In this document: positions 63,505-64,000 of the stretch, in pieces
How positions within the stretch are numbered: the first letter of the stretch is position 1
How the letters are laid out: the number at the start of each line of letters is the position of its first letter
DNA from: a virus
Taxonomy: Duplodnaviria > Caudoviricetes
DNA: 64,000 bases
Reading direction: 5' to 3' (one strand)
IMG/VR virus record: IMGVR_UViG_2934563053_000002
Span: 1 to 64,000 of that record
Program-made: the position numbers and the translations under genes
The notes under the pieces: model-generated
The model's input: the letters and a program-made list of their open reading frames with translations, nothing else
What the model was told of the DNA's origin: nothing
The model's database searches: none

Positions 63505-64000
63505 GCTGCGGTCCTCTCTCTGGCGGGCTGGAGCGCCTGCTGCCACTGCTGGTTGATGGCCTGGAGGATGGAGCCGGACGCCTCCGCGCGGGCGGCCATG
63601 CCGATGCGCTTGCGCAGCTCGGGGTCGTCGGCGAGCTGCTTGAGGTAGTGGCCCCACTGGTGCTCGCGGCGGACGAGGAACCCGGTCTCGCCGTGCCGGA
63701 TCACGGCGCGGTAGGGCTCGATGTCGGACGCGATCAGCGGGATGCCGAGCGTCGAAGCCTCCAAGAACTTGGTCGGGTACTTGGCCTGGTTGAAGGCGGT
63801 GTCGCGGTACGGCGCGCACCAGATGTCGAAGCCGCTGACGGCCGCGAGGTAGCGGCCGAAGTCGCGCACCCAGCCGAGCGCGCCGAGCCCGGCGCCGCGG
63901 AGGCCCGTGGCGATGGCCTGCTGCGGGCTGATGCCGACGAGCCGCACCACCGTGCTGCCACCGGGCCGCGGATAGTGCACGATCCGGTTGAGCGCCCGCA
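63501..64000 (-). CDS. GT-B (GT4-like) glycosyltransferase, 5'-truncated by the window edge
   Basis: DIWCAP....FN.AKY.TKFLEA..LGIP.IASD..PY...I.HGETGFLV. Confidence 0.88.
   Translation of the reverse strand, partial: RALNRIVHYPRPGGSTVVRLVGISPQQAIATGLRGAGLGALGWVRDFGRYLAAVSGFDIWCAPYRDTAFNQAKYPTKFLEASTLGIPLIASDIEPYRAVIRHGETGFLVRREHQWGHYLKQLADDPELRKRIGMAARAEASGSILQAINQQWQQALQPARERTAA

Larger units (their letters stand above)
1..64000. mobile_element. Temperate siphovirus-type prophage of a Streptomyces-like host (partial; integrase, att sites and lysis genes not in window)
   Basis: Canonical order of immunity, early/replication, terminase-portal-capsid-tail-tape measure-tail tip; WhiB genes; high GC. 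Confidence 0.95.

Overview
GC-rich actinobacterial sequence, most likely Streptomyces, that is almost entirely one temperate siphovirus-type prophage. No att sites, integrase or lysis genes are visible, so both ends probably lie outside the window. Layout: immunity region (ImmA/IrrE protease, XRE repressor, Cro-like and excisionase-like HTH; 1-1.9 kb); a long translationally coupled early operon (2-25 kb) with RecT-like recombinase, DEDDh exonuclease, two WhiB, LuxR regulators, a replication initiator with iterons, a DnaC-like ATPase and four candidate DNA-modification or anti-restriction genes (PAPS-reductase/PP-loop, DpdA/TGT-like, XF1762/Mom-like GNAT, and a PglX-like methyltransferase lacking its catalytic motif); an atypical tRNA-Leu(UAA) with the bldA anticodon; a complete ATP-grasp + PIMT RiPP (graspimiditide-type) cluster with a divergent HTH-TPR regulator (26-30 kb); a plasmid/AICE spread-like membrane module with its own repeat arrays (31-37 kb); small operator-controlled morons; the head-tail module (41-62 kb) with a -1 frameshift tail chaperone; and a reverse-strand glycosyltransferase cassette running off the right edge. 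Family assignments come from motifs recognised by eye, not from database searches.
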